This document shows, in pieces, positions 35,952-40,644 of a DNA stretch of 40,644 bases. This DNA is from Nemertoderma westbladi (lineage: Eukaryota; Animalia; Xenacoelomorpha): assembly GCA_032718475.1 (NCBI GenBank), contig JAUCBJ010005172.1:1-40644 (forward strand). Direction: 5' to 3'. Position numbers and translations under genes: made by a program. Numbering within the stretch: position 1 is the first letter of the stretch; each line of letters starts with the position of its first letter. The notes beneath the pieces were generated by a model. It saw only the letters and a list, made by a program, of their open reading frames with translations. It was not told where the DNA came from and searched no databases.

Positions 35952-36709
35952 CAGGGTTGGCAACCAATGGTTTTTCTCACCATTGGTTTTTTATGGTTTT
36001 TTGGTTTAACCAACTTTTAAAAAAAGGCGAAAAAATTGGTTTTTTATGGTTTTTTATGGTTTTTCATAAAATTTTACAATTACGGTAACGCTGTAAATAA
36101 TATAAAGCAAACTGGACTGGTAGTCGCGTTTCTTTTTCATTTTGCACTGTCAGACTGTTAGAATGAGAAAATTTCGCTCACTTTGAGTTTTGCTCTCGTT
36201 TCTTTTTTTTTATTTTGCACTGTTAGAAGGAAAAAATTTCGCTCACTTATGAGTTTTTCTCGCGTTTCTTTATCTTATCATTCAGTCATTTTGCACTGTT
36301 CAGCTGTTAGATTAGAATGAACAAATTTCTCTCACTTTGAGTTTTGCTCGTGTTTCTTTTTCATCTGTTCATTTTGCAATGTTAATGAAAAGGTTTTGCT
36401 CGCTTTGCTGGCGTATTATCAATATCAAACCAGCATACTGCATACTGTATGTGGCCTTACCGGTATTCAGTTATTCCAGTATTTTGTTCTATCAGTCTAT
36501 TGGGCAAGCGCAAGGGTTGTACTGCAGTACTGTCAGACTGTTGTACGTAGGCCCTACATTTGTATGTATTGCTGTACGGTATTGGATTTATTTAAACCAC
36601 AGAAAAACCATAAAAAACCATAAAAAACCGAAAAAAACCATAAAAAACCAAACAATAAAACCAAAACCAAAAATTTTTTTTCAAAAAACCATGGTTTTTG
36701 CCATCCCTG
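35952..36709. mobile_element. hAT-type MITE upstream of SNAP29
   Basis: TIRs CAGGGTTGGCAA / TTGCCATCCCTG; perfect 8-bp TSD AATCAGGC (35944-35951, 36710-36717); subterminal TGGTTTTT / AAAAACCA arrays; internal ~70-bp tandem repeat. Confidence 0.92.
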
Positions 36710-37239
36710 AATCAGGCAGTCAGGTAATAAGCAGATAAGTGATAAATACAGAAATAAGCAGTTAATACAGTACAGCAGTAATAAATAGGTCTAATTCTAA
36801 TACAGTAGGTCTAATACTGTCAGACTGTAATATACTGATATGGCTGTATGCAGGTATGGGGCCTACAACTGTACAAGACTGTCAGACAGTAGGCCTACTA
36901 TCTGACAGACAGACAGACTGACAACCAGACAATGCAACTGAACTGGCCTCTGGGCACTGCTGCACGGGACTGGGCCTACCTGCCTACAGTGTACAGGCCG
37001 AATGCCGAAGTACAAGTACTGAAGTACCGATAGTTAACTGTAGGCCCTAGCCCTACCTAGCTACCTACACCTACAGCTCTAAACGCATTGCATTACGCTG
37101 TTACGCACTGTCTGATTGTCTGACTGGCTGTACAGTGTACAGCTGTACGGTAAATGGGTAAGCAGTTAGGCATTACGGTACTGCCAGACTGCTGTACTGT
37201 CAACTGTGCTACAGTCTGACAGTCAGAAAGTAGTACGGG

Positions 37240-37594
37240 TACCAACAAACGCCCATTCGTATCACGTGCGCAAGGAATGAACTACGAATGATATTGTGCG
37301 TGGCAGCGTGGTGTGGCAGCATTCGTATCGCATGCGTCACGAACGAATGATTTTGGATGGTGTGTGGCAGCATTCGTATCACATGCGGTACGAATGCTGA
37401 GCAACGAATACATTTACAAGTGCGTGCAGACGAAATCTCGCATGCGATACGAATACTATACGCATTCGGAAAATTATTCGGACTGACGAACCAATCAGCC
37501 AATAGCAGAATAGCAAAGGTTTCACGAATGTTAAAAATATTCCACGCGCCTTTTACGAATGCTGCATGCGGCACGAATGCGGATTTTTTACTGG
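37240..37594. mobile_element. degenerate MITE-like element with GCATTCGT / ACGAATGC subrepeats
   Basis: Left CCAACAAACGCCCATTCGT versus right ACGAATGCGGATTTTTTACTGGG; repeated inverted motifs inside. Confidence 0.55.
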
Positions 37595-37626
37595 GACATA
37601 CAAGATACAACCCTACTTCGGTCCTA

Positions 37627-37841
37627 CGAATTACCCCAAAATACCCCAAAAGACCCCAAAATAGTATAAAATTACCCCAAAATACCCCAAAATAGTTTAG
37701 AATTACCCCAAAATACCCCAAAATAGTTTAGAATTACCCCAAAATACTTTTTTTGAGCCTTTGTTTTGGAAATTTAATTTACCCCAAAATATGGCAAAAT
37801 GACGAATTACCCCAAAATAATGACGAATTACCCCAAAATAC
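37627..37841. repeat. irregular AATTACCCCAAAATA repeat cluster
   Basis: About ten copies of ACCCCAAAA with short spacers. Confidence 0.8.
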
Positions 37842-38399
37842 CGGTAATTAAAAAAATTTTCTTCACTCTCGTTTATTTTTCTGTGTTTCTGTATTTTTTT
37901 TTATGTTTCTCCTTCCCACTTTGTTGGGGTGACACGAGGTTGATATTGGTAATCAACCTCGTGTTCCCAATATTGCTTAAACCTCACTTTATGGGGCTTA
38001 GATGTGGCGGAATTGAATACGCTCACACTCCCCCCCATGCTATCTTCCCGGTGAGAAGATAGCATCAACCTCTAAGTGCGCTTCAATTCCGCTGGAACTC
38101 GATCTATTATCGGGTGTGGGGTGGAGTTATTTTCTTGGAGTCGGCTTTCCAGGCCGCTCCCTATGGGTATGATGTCACTACCCTCTGGCGTCTCGTGTCG
38201 GGCCGATCGTGCGCTTCTCTCACACAATTTTTGTTTCCCCAACACTCTCGCCACTCTAACTAACTCCGCTCGAACTCCCCTCTTACTCTCTCCCCACTCT
38301 TACACTCTCCCCACACCTGAATCGCACTCTAACTTCTCTCCATACTCCTCTCTACTCTCTACCACTCCCTAAGGCCCTAATCTCTAATGCTACCCCTGT

Positions 38400-40135
38400 G
38401 CCTCTAACTCTCTTACTATCTACTAACTCTCCGACTCTAACTAGCTCTACTAAGTCTAACTAACTCCTACTAACTCTCTACTTCTACTAACTCCCTCTAA
38501 CTCTTACCAACTCTTCTAACTACGTGGCGCTTAGGGTGCCCACGACCCCTCTACTACTAACTCTAACTAAAACCCTCTAGGTCTACCAACTCTCTAGCCC
38601 TTTAACTAGAACTCTCTAACTCTACCCACTCTTCTAACTACGTGGCGCTTGCGGTGCCCACGACCACTCTACTATCTGGCACCCTATGTGCCCGTCTCTA
38701 CTACTCTACTACCTGGCACCCTATGTGCCCTCTCTACTACTCTACTACCTCTAACTCTCTAACTCTACTACCTGGCACCCTATGTGCCCGTCTCTACTAC
38801 TCTACTACCTCTAACTCTCTAACTCTACTACCTGGCACCCTATGTGCCCGTCTCTACTACTCTACTACCTCTAACTCTCTAACTCTACTACCTGGCACCC
38901 TATGTGCCCGTCTTTACTATTCTACTCTATCTGCCCCCTTTACGTCTCCTCGCCTGCACGTGACGTTCTGAATGCCGGCAGAGTGGGTACGTTAATTATG
39001 TGAACTACTACTAACTCTTACTAACTCTACTAACTCTCTACTAACTCTACTAACTCTCTACTAACTCAACCATCTCTACTACTAACTCTTACTAACTCTA
39101 CTACTAACTTCTTGTGCCCGGCACCTCTTGTGCCCGGCACCTCTTGTGCCCGGCACCCACCCTAATTAACATACCCTGCTCTTACATCAAACACGTCATC
39201 ACGCCCGTGCCCCACTTAATTCAACGCATCCCCTACGAACTCTAACTACGTGGCGCTTGCGGTGCCCACAACCACTCTGCTTACTACTTCCTACGTGGCG
39301 CTTACGGTGCCCACAACCTCTACTGCTACTACTTTCTACGTGGCGCTTACGGTGCCCACAACCCTCTACTGCTCTACTACTTTCTACATGGCGCTTACGG
39401 TGCCCACAACCCTCCACTGCTCTACTAACTTTCTAACTAACGGTACTACGTACCCTCTTACTAACTATATTATATCTCTATCTAACTCTACTAACTAACG
39501 GTACTACGTACCCTCTTACTAACTCCTCTAACTCTCTCTACTAACTAACGGTACTACGTACCCTCTTACTAACTCCTCTAACTCTCTCTACTAACGGTAC
39601 TATGTACCCTCTTACTAACTTCTCTAACTCCTCTACCTGCACGCGACGCTCTGAGTGCCGGCAGAGTGGGTATGTTAATTGTGTAGACTACTACTAACTC
39701 TACCTCCATCTACGTGGCGCTTGCGGTGCCCACAACCACAACCGGTACTACGTACCCTCTTACTAACTCTACCTCTATCTACGTGGCGCTAACGGTGCCC
39801 ACAACCACAACCGGTACTACGTACCCTCTTACTAACTCTACCTCTATCTACGTGGCGCTAACGGTGCCCACAACCACAACCGGTACTACGTACCCTCTTA
39901 CTAACTCTACCTCTATCTACGTGGCGCTAACGGTGCCCACAACCACAACCGGTACTACGTACCCTCTTACTAACTCTACCTCCATCTACGTGGCGCTAAC
40001 GGTGCCCACTACCACAACCGGTACTACGTACCCTCTTACTAACCTCTAACTCCCACTAACTCTAATTAACATACCCTGCTCTTACATCAAACACGTCATC
40101 ACGCCCGTGCCCTACTTATTCTAACGCACCCCCTG
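38400..40135. repeat. complex G-poor modular repeat (60-bp and 69-bp tandem units, dispersed ~28-bp motif, many TACTAAC)
   Basis: CTACGTGGCGCT..CGGTGCCCAC.ACC about 11 times; 60-bp unit at ~38680-38930; 69-bp unit x5 at ~39700-40045; two larger blocks each present twice. Confidence 0.85.
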
Positions 40136-40644
40136 TACCCTTCTCATCTCTCCCATCTTTCTCCTCTAGCTCGCCTCACTTTCCGCCCCACTCTTTTCCT
40201 CTAATCCTTCTCGTCTCTGGTCACCTGATGTCCTCAATGCCCACGGGTTTCTCCCTCTCCATACTCTACTTGGTTATCCCACTTCTGATAACCAACGGTA
40301 TGCGCACATACCCCCTTTGCATACCTGCCCGTGACACCCTCAGTTTACCTCAGTGCGTATGTTTCTCTTTAACTACCTACACCTTTACGTCGGCGCGTCC
40401 GTAGCCTTTTCTGTCCAACCTATTGGACCACTCAGCAACCTAAGGGCCACTCCTCCATCAGGCACCCTACCATCTTTCCCCCTCTCGCTCGTCCTACTTT
40501 CCACCCCACCCACTTCGTCGAATCCTCTTTGTTCTTGGTTGTCTATATTGCCGATATTTGTAATGGGGGAATGTCACCCTGCCCCCCCCCCCCCCCCCCC
40601 CACCGGTGTTATGTTTGGTACTGGGGCTGATGTTAATATATTGG

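Noticed and set aside
38520-40015. CRISPR-like array (~28-bp semi-palindromic repeat with spacers)
   Set aside because: Spacers are low-complexity, irregular in length or identical to each other; no cas genes; eukaryotic context.
38200-40644. Mitochondrial insertion (NUMT) suggested by strong G-poor strand skew
   Set aside because: No mitochondrial protein, rRNA or tRNA sequence is recognisable.

Overview
This is eukaryotic (metazoan, probably marine-invertebrate) genomic DNA, not prokaryotic. The left ~25 kb carries the 5' part of a spliced minus-strand gene that I reconstruct as a CEP350 (centrosomal protein 350) orthologue. It has six phase-consistent exons (24740-24602, 13895-13852, 13284-13087, 5070-4755, 1775-1512, 1181-1093) and continues off the left edge. 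Its introns are inflated by three minisatellites (49, 14 and 36 bp units), several MITEs, a CR1-type relic, and a near-intact RTE LINE nested in two related TA-flanked MITEs. Upstream are a Mutator-like element with TIRs, a 9-bp TSD and a decayed transposase, an RTE 3' fragment next to a tRNA-like SINE head, a 20-bp minisatellite and an intronless SNAP29 CDS. The right end has a hairpin cluster and a G-poor, TACTAAC-rich modular repeat of unknown identity. The most notable observations are: (1) two CEP350 intronic minisatellites begin exactly at 5' splice sites, so their units reiterate AG|GT junctions; (2) the TACTAAC/hairpin module region; (3) the RTE insertion has a ~74-bp target-site duplication and its stop codon is the first unit of its tail. 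Most long ORFs in the supplied track are repeat artefacts. Gene identities rest on motifs recalled from memory, not on database searches.
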